Counted from the first letter of the stretch, positions 24,464 through 38,115 are shown. The stretch: DNA of 64,000 bases from Octopus sinensis (GCF_006345805.1 NC_043016.1:18476001-18540000), one strand, 5' to 3'. Notes: a model not told the origin generated them from the letters alone. A program made the numbers and translations.

Positions 24464-25407
24464 TAATATATATATTAATAAATAAAACATATGCATATAT
24501 ATATACATATATGTACGTACCAACCTCTACATGTATATATACACGCATATATGAGTGCAGGACACCAAAAAAACGTCCAACACAATGAGAAACGAAAACA
24601 TAGACACAAACCCAAGGAACTGGACATTTTTTTAAACAACAAAAAAAAATAGAGTACAGGACAATTAACACAAAGAAAAAAACCCCTTCTTCAGTCGCCA
24701 TGGTTTCATCTACTCTACGTTTATATATATACACATATACACGTTTATATATATACACATATACACAGAGAAAAAGAGAGTTGTATATAGGCTAACAAAA
24801 TGTAAGGATCCAAATCAAAATAAAATGTTTAATTGAAATAGCATTTGTAGAAAAAAAATCAGACGTGTAAATAATTTTTATCAAAACTGACAAGGGAAAG
24901 AACTTTGAAATTTAAATTGATTAAAAATGAAAATGGTCATGCAGCGGATCATTTCTGAAAACGATTGTTACCACCATTAATTGTTTTCATGGTAAGTTTA
25001 ATAACACTGAACTGGACGTTCTTTGGGCTCACAGTTTTCTTAGTCTGGGCAAATGTACATTTAGGAACCTTTCCAGTTTTAACCAGGCCGGTATAATAGT
25101 TTATAGTAGAAGCTGTGATCGAAGACGTTTCAGTGGTCTCTATATCAACATTTTTGCGTGGGGATGACCTTCTACAATGAGCTTGTCCTCTTTTTAGGCA
25201 GTAAAGTACTATTTGAAGAATATTTGGTCGCTATCTCCAGCAGGCCTATCGACTCTGAAGTGTGCCCTTTCCCTGTTGTTGTTCAGCCCCTGTTTAGCTC
25301 TGATTTTGCAAACTTACGATTACAGGCATTCTAGAAAATTACCATTTTTTACTCACAATGAGAGATATTCAGCAACAGTATTTTGTAGTAAAGAGTATTT
25401 GCCAGCA

Positions 25408-25688
25408 TAACATGGCAGTCCTGGTTTAGGACGAATGTTGCTGTAATTTAGCCCCAGGAGACATCGTCTCCAGCTGGCTGTACAACACGTTCTGTGTCCT
25501 TATATTTTCGAATAAAGGAATCTAGCACCCCCACACAGCTAAAAACAATACCTGTGTATCGCGATTTCTGGGTTATTTCCTTGTTCGAAAATATATGGAT
25601 ACAGATCGTGTCGTATAGCCAGCTGGAGACGATGTCTCCTGGGGCTAAATTACAGTAACATTAGTCCTAAACCACAACTGCCATGTTA
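25408..25688. mobile_element. Fold-back/MITE-like element, ~110-bp arms, homologous to the 361-nt ribozyme monomer
   Basis: TAACATGGCAG...CTGCCATGTTA termini. 25577-25650 aligns by eye with 3108-3185. Confidence 0.8.
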
Positions 25689-26810
25689 TTTATGTAGGCA
25701 AACAATCTTTACAACAGGCATTCTAGTTATGATTATCCTGTATTTTGAAGAGTATCTGGTACTATGTTGTGAATTGTCATTTCCTTCAAAGCAATAAAGG
25801 CGTGTTTTGAAGAAGATTGAATCGCTATCCCTAGTTCGCCGAGCGACCTCGGAGAAGCTCCCTCGCCAATTTTGGCATTGCTGATGGTGGTCTCTCTCCA
25901 GGTCAAACAAAACTATGATCAAAACATCCCAGTTGTGCCCCTTCCCTTTTTATGTTTCAGACAAAGTGTTCAAAGTTGACCCTTTTTAAATACAGCAGCA
26001 TATAAATATGAGGGATATTTAGCTGTTATATCTCACATATCTAGCACCATGTGGTGTTCCGCCTCATTAAATCATACATACAGTTTACTTTAAAAGGACA
26101 ACAGGATGTCAATTGAAGGAAAATATGACAGATATTTCTAGCAGATCTTGATACCACGTAATGGTTCCCTGTTGGGTCATGGCGATTGTAGTCGCTGATG
26201 TTGGTTATGGGCGATTGATGGTCTAAACTGTTTTTGGAATAAAGATATATTAATCAGATATTGATTTCATATGATGTAGACCCAATATTTTGCTATGCAG
26301 TAGTTCCAATACCTTTCCTTAATTTAAATATATGAATAAAAAACCAGGTCGAAACCAGGTCACTAATTTAGCTTACGATATGTTATCTGTTGTATTAATG
26401 GTTTCTTTGAAAGAATTAGTGAAATATGATCGCTATGAGATACTGCAGTGTTTATTTACTTTGTGTAATACACAGAGGCAGGAAAAGACAGAAAAAGTTG
26501 GTAGTAATAGGTCTGGGCCAGATTTGAATTACAAGCCACATTTCAAATAATTGTTTTCAGTAATTAGTGTTAAACACAAATTTTAGTCACAATCGAACAC
26601 ACAAACACAAGGTATTTGTGTGTGTTGTTCGTGGGTTGACCTTGTTTATGCGTGTTCCTCGAGTTGCTTCTAATCCATATACAAATTTTAGTATACAGAT
26701 GCGTGTATGTGGATGTGTGTGTGTGTATGTTCTGTGTATATTACAAGTGTATTGTATATGCATTTATACTTGTATTTATTTATTTATGTATAATATGTGT
26801 GTACCTTAAG

Positions 26811-27022
26811 GCAAAGAGCTAGCAGAAACGTTAGCACGCCGGGCGAAATGCTTAGCTGTATTTCGTCTGTCTTGACGTTCTGAGTTCAAATTCCGCCGAG
26901 GTTGACTTTGTCTTTTATCCTTTCAGGGTCGGTAAATTAAGTACCCGTTACGTACTGGGGTCGATCTAATCGACTGGCCCTCTCCTCCAAAATTTCTGGC
27001 CTTGTCCCTAGAGTAGAAAGAA
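26811..27022 (+). mobile_element. SINE family B
   Basis: GCAGAAACGTTAGCACGCCGGGCGAAATGC head. Confidence 0.85.
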
Positions 27023-27352
27023 TATGCGGGTACGAGCATCTGTGTATACATGTATGTATGTAAATACATGTGCATATATATGTGTGTGCATATATGCATG
27101 TACGTATGCATACATATATATATATACAAGGTGTATAAGTATACACATGTATGTGTTTGAAGTGTACTTGGGATGCAAATATTAGAACGATTTTTAGAGG
27201 TAGTTTTTGTTAGTCTTCTTTGACTCTAACGAAAAAGGAGAAATGGGCCCCTCAGAATGGTGGAGATCAATACCAATTGGTCCATCTGCTTCTTCACTTT
27301 CTCGTTCGGGCAGAAATGCATGAAGCTAATTGAATATCTTCAATTGGAATCT

Positions 27353-27386
<34 letters not shown>

Positions 27387-27493
27387 TTTCTCTCCTATGT
27401 TTGGTATTATTCTTCTCCTTCTTTGTTTTCCCATTGTTTTTCTTGCTTCTATGATCTTTTCTTTTTATTCCTCTTTCGGAATTATTTAATATT

Positions 27494-27723
27494 TATTTCT
27501 TTACTGCCCACAAGAGGCTAAACATAGAGCGGACAGATAAGGACAAACGGATAAAGTCGATTACATCGATCCCAGTTGGAAACTGGTACTTTATTTAATC
27601 GACCTCCGAAAGGATGAAAGGTAAAGTCGACCTCGGCGGAATTTGAACTCAGACCGTAACGACAGACGAAATACGGCTACGCATTTCGCCCGGCGTGCTA
27701 ACGTTTCTGCCAGCTCGCCGCCT
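27494..27723 (-). mobile_element. SINE family B with 16-bp TSD
   Basis: GGAATTATTTAATATT at 27478-27493 and 27724-27739. Confidence 0.93.
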
Positions 27724-28427
27724 GGAATTATTTAATATTATTTAACACAGTTACGTACCGCAAGAGGTAAAAGAGTAACGTTAACAATACAAGGCTATTG
27801 TTAATAACTTTTGTTCGGCGGTTTGTGTTGCTGTGGTTGATTGAGAAGGTTTGTGTTAGTTAGTGGCTGAGCTGTAATATTATAGTAACTTACCTTCTCG
27901 TATATTACAATTTGAACGTTTCTTAAAAAGACAAAAACAAACAATAGAAAAAAATACTAAATGTGTATTCCACCACGCAAGTTTGGACTTGATATTCTTC
28001 TGATAAGCAAGCAAGCTAGCTCAGTTAAAGTATGCCACAGTAGGGGAGAGAGAGAGCTAAATATACAGCCTTCAGAATGGTAAACATAAAGAGGTCACTA
28101 GCCATATCAGAAAATGAATTCATGGGGAACAAATAATAAATGGGACACGCGTTTTGACCTTTCCAACAATTGTTTTTATTCTTTTCCTGCGCAATGAAAC
28201 AAAAAAAAAAAAAAAAATGCTATTTATTATCGCATATTTTATCGCTTGTTAGTATTTTTTTTTTCTTTTAATTTCTTTTTTTTGCTTTCAATATTTGCTT
28301 CTTACTCTTGTTATTCTTTTGGAATTCACACTTCTACAAATCTGTGTATCTTACCTTGTGGATTTTTCCTCTCTGTGTTAGATGTACACATATACACTAT
28401 ACAGATATGCACTCGTAAATGTATTCA

Positions 28428-28460
<33 letters not shown>

Positions 28461-28725
28461 ACTCACACATATATCGAGAGAGAGAGAGAGAGAGAGAGCG
28501 AAAGAGACGAGTGCCAGAGTATCAACGTTTCCATGTGGTAGGTTTGAGATTACTCTCTTTGAAGTCATTAGTGACCTTGTTGGCCTACAAACAAAATATA
28601 TATACATATATGCAAATTCATAAACATATACATATAAATATGCATTTATATATGCGTGTGTGCGTGTATGAGTGGACAAACGGAAGAAAAGGGCACTCAA
28701 CACATTTATTAGGATTTACATGTAC

Positions 28726-29067
28726 TATTTAAAACAGTTTGATTTGAAATCCGTGCTAGTTTCGCAGGCCCCTAATGGAACCCGTCTCCTAAGGCTCTGG
28801 AAAAGCCGAAAGAAGAGGTCCAGGGAGTACATGATGCCTGCCACATGATGAGCTGTTATTGGTCAAATAGGGTCACATGGTATTACTGTAGATAATATCG
28901 CTTCGTAAGCGACACCAGTTCCACCAGAAAAAAAAAGAGAGTTTCTTTGACCGCAAGGGTTTCCTGGATCTCTTCATTCGGCTTTTCCTGAGCCCGAAGA
29001 GAAGGGCTCCGTTAGGGGCCTGCGAAATTTGAAGTATCATGGAAACCGAATCAAACTGTTCTAAATA
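28726..29067. repeat. Fold-back/MITE-like element, ~100-bp imperfect arms
   Basis: TATTTAAAACAGTTTGATT..TTTCGCAGGCCCCTAA..GGAAAAGCCGAA mirrored at the right end. Confidence 0.8.
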
Positions 29068-29456
29068 ATATATTCATGGGTGTGAATGCATCCGGACCGA
29101 CGTATGTTTGATGTCACTGTAGATGCCCACATGGCCATTTCCTCTCCAAGACACGAGTCTTGACAAGACTTTTGTGACACATGCTAAAAATCTCTTCCCG
29201 CCGTATCACTAATTCAGAGACAAACACAGCTCGGAAGCAGCGTAATTGCTGTGGCATCTCCGTATAATACAGGCGTAACAGATATCAGAAAATCAGCCTG
29301 TTCCACACTGCAAAACAATTTCTCCAATTCACAATTCTGGACTGTTACGTTATTTATCGATCCGAAACGGTGAGCGGCAAAGTTGACCTCAGCAGAGTCT
29401 GCACTTAGTTGCATTCACCGCATGCACTCGCAACAAACACACAGATATATGCATGT

Positions 29457-29514
<58 letters not shown>

Positions 29515-29549
29515 TTCAGTATCCACTGTATTTAAATAAAAGCTACTAA

Positions 29550-29955
29550 TCTTTATATATAAAAGAGAAGTTGTGTGTCTGTCTCCTACGATTTAGATTC
29601 CTAACTACTCCCACATTTTGCGGTGCAGTTTAACCAAAACCGGGTATCTTATAGTCGTGATTCATATCGAGCCCTTCTGGGTATTAGCGCGCGTCTACGA
29701 TGAGTCTACGATTTAAAAAAAAATTACCATAATTTTTTTCCATTTTAATGCATTTTTTCGCTATTATATAAGGGAAGTAACGCTCTAAAAATGTCTACGA
29801 TGAGTCAACGATTTAAAAAAAAAATTACCATCATTTTTTTTCCATTTTCAATGCATTTTTTTGGGGTTTTTTTTGGGGGGGGGCTACAACTCTCTAAAAA
29901 CGCTTATATAGTTATTTCCCTTACAAACCCGAGCAACGCCGGGCGATACTGCTAG
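29550..29955 (+). mobile_element. Non-autonomous Helitron
   Basis: 5' TC, 3' hairpin CCCGAGCAACGCCGGG then CTAG, inserted between A and T, no TSD. Confidence 0.9.
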
Positions 29956-30406
29956 TATTTAATAGTATGGAAACACGATAATTCAGCAGATTTATATAGC
30001 GTGTCTTGTGTCTCAAAGCAACAATTATGCCTCAATGCACATGGTTGATCATATGATTTTTGTTTACCCTTTGTCTTTTCGTTTCAGTTTTTGTATCAAC
30101 CTTCTCGGTTTTGTTTTTTGCTTTTTCTTTTCCTCTCGTGTTTTCTCATGGATCAGTGTCCATGTGCATTGAGCCTGAAGGATGATTTTGCTCCGAGACA
30201 CAAGGCATCTTATAGAAATCTGCTGAATTATCGTGTTCGCAAGGCACAAAAAACCATTATTATTAGCTCGTATTTAAATACTGTATACATTAAATGATAT
30301 TTATTTCTCATTAGCTGGAGTACTTTTTTGTCGATTCCACATATAAACGGAACAGTAAATTCGTTCTCTCTCCCCCTCTCTCTCTCTCCCCCCCCCCCCC
30401 ACACAC

Positions 30407-30437
<31 letters not shown>

Positions 30438-31548
30438 TGTATAATGTAACCCACATGTGAGTCGTTGGCGATTTTCATCCACCGTCTTCCAACATCAGGT
30501 GTCCAGCGATGGCGTGGGAGGACAAATGCAGACACAAAGACACACACATAAATATGCACATATATACACGACGAGCTTCTTTCAGTTTCCGTCAAACAAA
30601 TCGGCTCACAAGGCTCTGGTCGACACGAGTCTATAGTAGACGACACTTACCCAAGGTCCCTATTTACACTTCTTAAATTTATCCGTACATATTCTTGTCT
30701 GTGTATCATCTCCGTAAACAACCTGTAGCCCTCGTGCGGCTGTCGGGCAGCTGTAACCCCGCCCTTGTCAAGAACTCAATGATGACACATTGCTTGTATT
30801 TGGAAATCATTATTAACATGTAAAGAACTGATAGAGACACTACAAAAGAAGAAGAGTACTCTTCCAGCATTTGCCATTTGAACGACCTCTATCAGTTAAT
30901 AAAACAGGTATGCCAACCAACTTTAGTATTAGTTTTTTGTCATAACCCTTGTATTTATCACTAAAATGTTTACACCATTCTCTCTCTGTCATTTAATTGT
31001 CTTTTTTATCAGCTTTAATCTGAAGACATTAAAGGTGAAGAAGGGCGGGTCTGTTTCTGCTTATAACAAGGACGATTATTCAAGTTACTTCAACTACTGA
31101 GATTGTAAAATCAGAGATAACGATTACTTGCGTTTGTAAAATGTTTGTTTTTATTTTGGGGTTGTTGTTTTTTTTTTCGTTTATTGTTTACTGACATAAA
31201 CAAGTGATGATGACTCACTTAAAACAACTGATTAAGTTGAATTTGTCAGTATTTATTTTATCTTATGTTTTAAGCGCGGTACATTTTATATGAGCTGCTC
31301 TGATCATCTTTCGTCTACACAACTTGCAGATGAGTCAGGTATGATGGCAGTCACACAGTTATCTTTGTCCTACATTTATCAATTACTGCCACACAATAAC
31401 TTTTGTGAGGGCCTCGACCAGTATTTTAGAAGGACATTCATCTTCCTGTATAAATAGATAGGCTCTCAGAGAACGACTTATTGACTGTCAAACCTTGAGG
31501 TAGTTTACAGAGTTGTGTATCACAACATACGGAATTTAGTAGAATACC

Positions 31549-31773
31549 TATTTCTTTATTACTCACAAGGGGCTAAACACAGAGGGGACAAACAGGGACA
31601 GACATAGGTATTAAGTCGATTACATCGACCCCAGTGCGTAACTGGTACTTAATTTATCGACCCCGAAAGGATGAAAGGCAAAATCGACCTCGGCGGAATT
31701 TGAACTCACAACGTAACGGCAGACGAAATACGGCTACGCATTTCGCCCAACGTGCTAACGTTTCTGCCAGCTC
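31549..31773 (-). mobile_element. SINE family B
   Basis: Consensus match to 35244-35475. Confidence 0.9.
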
Positions 31774-32384
31774 ATACCACTTTATCACAGGCCCAGGCTT
31801 GGTCAACCTAGGTCGAGTCCCTTGGATTGGGCGGTATGTTGTAAGACTCGAAGCACCCAGGGACATTCAGGATGCAATGTTTTAAACTAATGATACTGGT
31901 TACTTTTGACATGTCTGAATTGGATCCTTTTTATCTAAGCTCTATGACGTACAGTTTGCATATTAATTATATACTTTTGATCTCTCACTCGGTCCCAATA
32001 TGGCTACATAATGGCAACGGGAATTCAAAAGAATTCAAAACTTACATTGAACCTAATACTTGGGAGACACTTATTTTTATTAATATTGAAATGTTCGCTT
32101 TAGTGGGATTTTACCTCATAACGTTCACTTCACTACACTCCTCAATAAGTAACATTCTTAGGAGTATATATTATTGGTTTCTGATTTTGGTTAAAGGCCA
32201 ACAAGTTTACAGAAGGGGTTAAGTCGATTACATCGATCCCAGTGTTCGACTGGTACTTATTTTATCGACCTCGAAGGAATAAAAGGCAAAGTCGACCTCA
32301 GGAGAATTTGAACTCAGAATGCAATGACGGACAAAATGCCGTTAAACATTTTGCCCTCTGTGCTAACGATATTAGAAATATATA

Positions 32385-32757
32385 ACTTGTTTCAGTCGGC
32401 CATGCTGGGGCACCGCTTTTTGTCGAGCAAATCGATCCCATGACTTATACTTTGTAAGCCTAGTACTTATTCTATCGGTCTCTTTTGCCGAACCGCTAAA
32501 TTACGTGGACGTAAACACACCAGCATCGGTTGTCAAGCGATGTTGGGGGCGGGGGAGACAAACACAGACACACACACACACACAACATATATATACATAT
32601 ATACGACGGGCTTCTTTCAGTTTCCGCCTACCAAATCTACTCACAAGGCTTTGGTCGGCCCGAGGCTATAGTAGAAGACACTTGCTCAAGTTGCCACGTA
32701 GTGGGACTGAACCCGGAACCATGCGGTTGGTAAGCAAGCTACTTACCACACAGCCAT
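32385..32757 (-). mobile_element. SINE family A
   Basis: Consensus match. Confidence 0.9.
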
Positions 32758-33400
32758 TCATTGGACTATTGATAAAATAATAGGATAAAAATGTGTGTGT
32801 GTACGTGCTTATGTATATTCGTGTGTGTGTGTTTTATTTATCCATGATGGTCAAATATTTTAGATTTTATGGTATTCATCAATGGTTGATTAGATTTAAA
32901 ACTCAAGGACACATCCAATCTGTGATGTCCACGATTTATCTATAAATGATAGCAGAAAAAAATATAGTATATCAGCTAGTTTTACAGATACTGATTAAAA
33001 ATATAAAAAAAGAACTTACACATACATACTATGTCTAAACATGTATATGGTTGGTGTAGGAGTCGTTTGGGTTATCGATGACCTATATTTCCATCTTTAT
33101 GGCTACGATTATCAGTTTTGTTAAATAAGTAGTTATTCTCCTGTTAACAAGATAAAGGACCTTTTTGTTCAATAGCGTAGAGATGAGTTTCAAAACCTTG
33201 AATTCGCTATGCAGAGAGTCACTACACCCACAGAGACCGGAAGGGGTATAAACGGAATGTCATTAGTTAGGGAAGTTGATTTTGCAACTAAAACATTTTT
33301 CTTTGAGTCATGGATCCAATAGAAAATCATAAAATTGTCGTAAATTTCTTTTCTTTATTTAAAATTTTTTTTAAAGCGTTTCTAAACAAAATGAAAATAT

Positions 33401-33818
33401 ATAGACGCAGGAGTGGCTGTGTGGTAAGTAGCTTGCTAACCAGCCACATGGTTCCGGGTTCAGTCCCACTGCGTGGCATCTTGGTCAAGTGTCTTCTGCT
33501 ATAGCCCCGGGCCGACCAATGCCTTGTGAGTGGATTTGGTAGATAGAAACTGAAAGAAGCCCGTCGTATATATGTATATATATATATATGTATGTGTGTG
33601 TGTGCTTGTGTGTCTGTGTTTGTCCCCCTAGCATTGCTTGACAACCGATGCTGGTGTGTTTACGTCCCCGTCACTTAGCGGTTCGGCAAAAGAGACCGAT
33701 AGAATAAGTACTGGGCTTACAAAGAATAAGTCCCGGGGTCGAGTTGCTCGACTAAAGGCGGTGCTCTAGCATGGTCGCAGTCAAATGACTGAAACAAGTA
33801 GAAGAGTAAAAAAGAGTA
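33401..33818 (+). mobile_element. SINE family A, full length
   Basis: Consensus match. Confidence 0.92.
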
Positions 33819-34051
33819 TAAAGACAAAATCTCGTGAAAAAATATATTTTACGAGAAAACAAATATACTAAAAAGCAATATTTGTTGAACATCAGAGAAA
33901 GGACTAAATGAAAACTTATTTGTAAAAGCGAGAATATCATACAAGTAACAATAATATGTCAATCAAGTCCGAAAAATAAGAACATACAAAATGGCCGTAA
34001 GCCTAACTGTCCTCGTCAAACTGCCATTCGCCATAAGTAAGCCATTATAAT

Positions 34052-34442
34052 GGATGATGGAAGCACTCCGTCGGTTCCGACGACGAGGGTTCCGGTTGAT
34101 CCGATCAACGGAACAGCCTGCTCGTGAAATTAACGTGTAAGTGGCTGAGCACTCCACAGACACGTGTACCCTTAACGTAGTACTCGGGGATATTCAGCGC
34201 GGCACAGAGAGTGACAAGGCCGGCCCTTTGAAATACAGGTACAACAGAAACAGAAAGTAAGAGTGAGAGAAAGTTGTGGTGAAAGAGTACAGCAGGGATC
34301 ACCACCATCCCCTGCCGGAGCCTCGTGGAGCTTTTAGGTGTTTTCGCTCAATAAACACTCACAACGCCCGGTCTGGGAATGGAAACCGCGATCCTACGAC
34401 CGCGAGTCCGCTGCCCTAACCACTGGGCCATTGCGCCTCCAC
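34052..34442 (-). mobile_element. tRNA-derived SINE (third family) with 14-bp TSD
   Basis: Head TGGCCCAGTGGTTAGGGCAGCGGAC..GGTTTCCATTCC on the minus strand. TAAGCCATTATAAT at 34038-34051 and 34443-34456. Confidence 0.88.
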
Positions 34443-35243
34443 TAAGCCATTATAATAAGTGTATCACGAACGAGAAGAGACAAAAAGATAAATACTTGAA
34501 AAGTATTTTCAATAAAATGTTCCAAGAGAAGATTAATTCGTTGGACGGTTGCACAACATATTTAACTAAAATTGATAAGGGACTTCCGGTTCTGATGATG
34601 GCAGTGATTAAAAATATAAGGAGGGAATATTTACAACAATGCAATGTCCTCATTATGGCAAATGCATATTTATTTATAATTCCTTTCAGCAACTAATAAA
34701 CTGTATCTTGAACATATTAAAGTAAGCAAAGGCAAAAGATTTGGGGTGAAAAAACAGTAAAATACAATGTTTTAAAAATAAAACAATAAAAGAAAAATAT
34801 TGACTAAGTTTTGTGACAATACTTAAACACATGAAGATCTACTCTTCACACTAATAAAAACTGAAAATACCATAAAGAGCGATTGGGAGATGGAAGAAAA
34901 AATATTGGTTCTAATTTGATCACTTATAAATTGATCACCAACATTACTAGAGATATAGATATTGAGGAATTCTGTCAACAAAAGAATAATTAACAAGAAA
35001 TTTTGTTGCAAGCAATTATCGGTCAGCAGAGTCGAGGGTATGTCCAGTTACAAAATATAAATTTGATACTCCTTCTTTGAAAAATTTGTATACTTTTCTT
35101 GAGAAAAATCTGGAGAAAGAATAAGCTGCTTAACCAGAATATGAGCTTAACCAATATATAAGAATTCCGAAGAAGTATTGACTTTGTATCTTGAACGTTA
35201 CCTCCGTACAATTCAGGAACAAGAAATTTCCATTGAGTATACC

Positions 35244-35475
35244 TATTTCTTTATTACCCACAAGGGGCTAAACACAGAGGGGACAAACAAGGACAGACAT
35301 AGGTATTAAGTCGATTACATCGACCCCAGTGCGTAACTGGTACTTAAATTTATCGACCCCGAAAGGATGAAAGGCAAAGTCGACCTCGGTGGAATTTGAA
35401 CTCACAACGTAACGGCAGACGAAATACTGCTAAGCATTTCGCCCGGCGTGCTAACGTTTCTGCCAGCTCGCCGCC
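35244..35475 (-). mobile_element. SINE family B, full length, 17-bp TSD
   Basis: TTTCCATTGAGTATACC at 35227-35243 and 35476-35492. Confidence 0.95.
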
Positions 35476-35866
35476 TTTCCATTGAGTATACCATAAGTCA
35501 AAAGATAGAAAACAGCAGCAAACCACGATTTCTTGCTGTGCTGAACCAAACTTGGAGATGTAGAACATATTGCGATCTGCGAGGTATTGTGTGATATAGC
35601 CAGAGTAATCCGGAATAGAATAACAGATAAAAATAACAAATACAAACGAACACTCGCAGATCAAAAGGATGTTCGCGGAACTTAATAATAAAAACACAGC
35701 CAACTTGATATCTGAGACCATGAAATAAAAACATGTCCTATTATTTTATCGCACGTGAACAGCAGAATTTCTTCGATACAGCACTGTGGTTGATAAAATC
35801 AACGTTAACCGTTGATGACAGCATTTTTCTCACCAGCTATGGTAGTATTCTAATGATTTAAACTAG

Positions 35867-35914
<48 letters not shown>

Positions 35915-36263
35915 TATATATTTTTATATATATATATTACTATCTTATTTTTGTTTGTAACTGAGCAGAAAACATAAGGGTATTGGATAAAATCTTTGAC
36001 AGAAACAGATGGAAAAAACTATACTGTGAGTTCAAGTCCCGTTACGGTTACCTTACACTTTTACTCATCAAGAGTCGGCAAAGTAATCAATATTCGGATT
36101 GATTACACAGCTTGCCATTTGAAACATTGCTCTCACCACCTCCCTAACGAAAGGTTCCTGGACTGTTTGGAAAAGTGTAAACTATTTTTGTGTGTGTTTA
36201 TATATGGCTACATTTTGGTTTCGGACTCTCTCTCTCTCCTCTCTCTCTCTCTATCTCTATATA

Positions 36264-36365
<102 letters not shown>

Positions 36366-36929
36366 TTCCCAAACTGAAGTGTAGTCATTTCCATCATCGA
36401 ACGTGTTACTTCTAGCTACTATTACTGCAGGTGCTCCCGCAGCTGTTCCCTGCTGTCATTAGAAAAAAACCAGATAGCTTTGGACTCAGTTCAGATTTAA
36501 TGGTATCTGGCTAAAAGCGTCAACATTTGATACCTCACAGGTTATTTCTTTAAAAGCCATGAAGTAAAGACATGGTTAAAATGTTTGGAATTTGATTGCC
36601 ATAAACTAAGTTTGACTCTTAGTTTATATATTCACCCGTGTTTGTCACTAATGTCTACATTAACGTGTGTTGGCGTATGTATGTAGATTTTCTGTGTATA
36701 TGAGTATCCCTGTGTACGCAAGCTTGTGAATGTGTGTATACCTATATGTAGTGTCAATATTATTATTATTATTATTATTATCATTATTATTGAGTGAGAG
36801 AGCAGTTCATGCCATCAAAGTGACTATTATTATTATTATTATTATTATTTGCGGGACGTATGGTAGTTAATACATGTACTAATCAATGTATATCCCTTTT
36901 GTGTGTGTGTGTTTTTTTATATATGTAAT

Positions 36930-37570
36930 GAGAGGAAATTGTGGCTGTATGGTAAAAAAGCTTTCTTCCCAATGACATGGTTCCGGGTTCAGTCCTACTG
37001 CGTGGCACCTTGGGCAAGTGCCCTCTACTATAGCCTCGGGCCGACCAAAGCATTGTGAGTTGATTTGGTAGACGGAAACTGAAAGAAACCCGCTATGTTT
37101 ATATATATATATATATATAGTGCGTGTGTGTGTGTGTGTGTGTGTGTGAGTGTCTGTTTGTCCCCCCACGGTTACCGCTTGACAACCGATGTTGGTGTGT
37201 TTTTTTCAACTATATATATATATATATATAATGTTTATCTGAATAAGCATTGGTACAGTTGTGGTTGTGTGGTAAGCAGTTTGCTTCCCAATCCCATGGT
37301 TCCGAGTTCAACCCCACAGCGTGGCACCTCGGTCTTGTGAATGTGCTTTCTTCACTGAATCTGAAAAGCCAGTCGTATGTGTATGAGCGCGAGCGCGCGT
37401 TTCTCTCCTCTGCTTAAAACCGGTGCTGGTTTGTTTACATCCCCGTATCTGAACGACACCGGTACAGTCTTTAAAAAAAATAAATAAATGCTGGAGTAAA
37501 TTTGTTCAACAAGGCAGTGCTCCAGTATTGGCTGCCATTCAATGGATAAAAAACAAGTAAATGATAAAAG
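36930..37570 (+). mobile_element. Two diverged family A SINE copies
   Basis: Heads near 36935 and 37258 with partial bodies. Confidence 0.7.
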
Positions 37571-37711
37571 GAGATATAGATTTTGTATGTAGGTCTGGCT
37601 GAATTTATATGCGTATATAAATATTGGTTTTTTATGTACGAATGTGTGATCTTGTGTGAAATATTTTTTTTAGAAAATGTTAGAATTAATATATGTTTCT
37701 CTTTTTTCTAG

Positions 37712-37871
37712 AATGAAAAGAAATTGCGATATCGCTTCGCTGCAATCGTTGACGAATTGCGAAATTCCAGTGACGCTGTATATAGCAGGGCGCTTTTTTC
37801 TTTCGTCAACTGTATTATCATCTACAAAAAAGAAGATCTAGAACGAGTTAGAATCAGAAATGAATTCATCG
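37712..37871 (+). CDS. INF2: Formin exon, DID region (NEKKLRYRFAAIVDELRNSSDAVYSRALFSFVNCIIIYKKEDLERVRIRNEFI-G)
   Basis: Acceptor ttttttctag, donor G|gtacgt, 160 nt. Resembles the INF2 segment YRFSIVMNEL...RTQLRNEFIG (from memory). Confidence 0.92.
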
Positions 37872-38115
37872 GTACGTGCCTCTTTATTATTATTATTATT
37901 ATGTTTTTTCTTCTTTCTTCAAATTTTCTTCCGTTTCTCACCGGGTGTTTTCCATACACCTAGGGCAGAGAAGCTCATTGTATGCATTCCAGATTACACA
38001 CGCAAATTCACAGATAAAATATGTATTTAAAAATTAATAAATAAATTCATGGATGGATGTTGTTTTCACAGCGGTAATGCTCTTCTCAGTACATGAGCCG
38101 TTCCAGTTAATACGA

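Noticed and set aside
25750-25905. Minus-strand frame with KIGEGA...IALKEM, resembling kinase subdomains I-II
   Set aside because: Spacing is wrong, there is no GxGxxG completion, a stop follows and there are no splice sites; likely chance.
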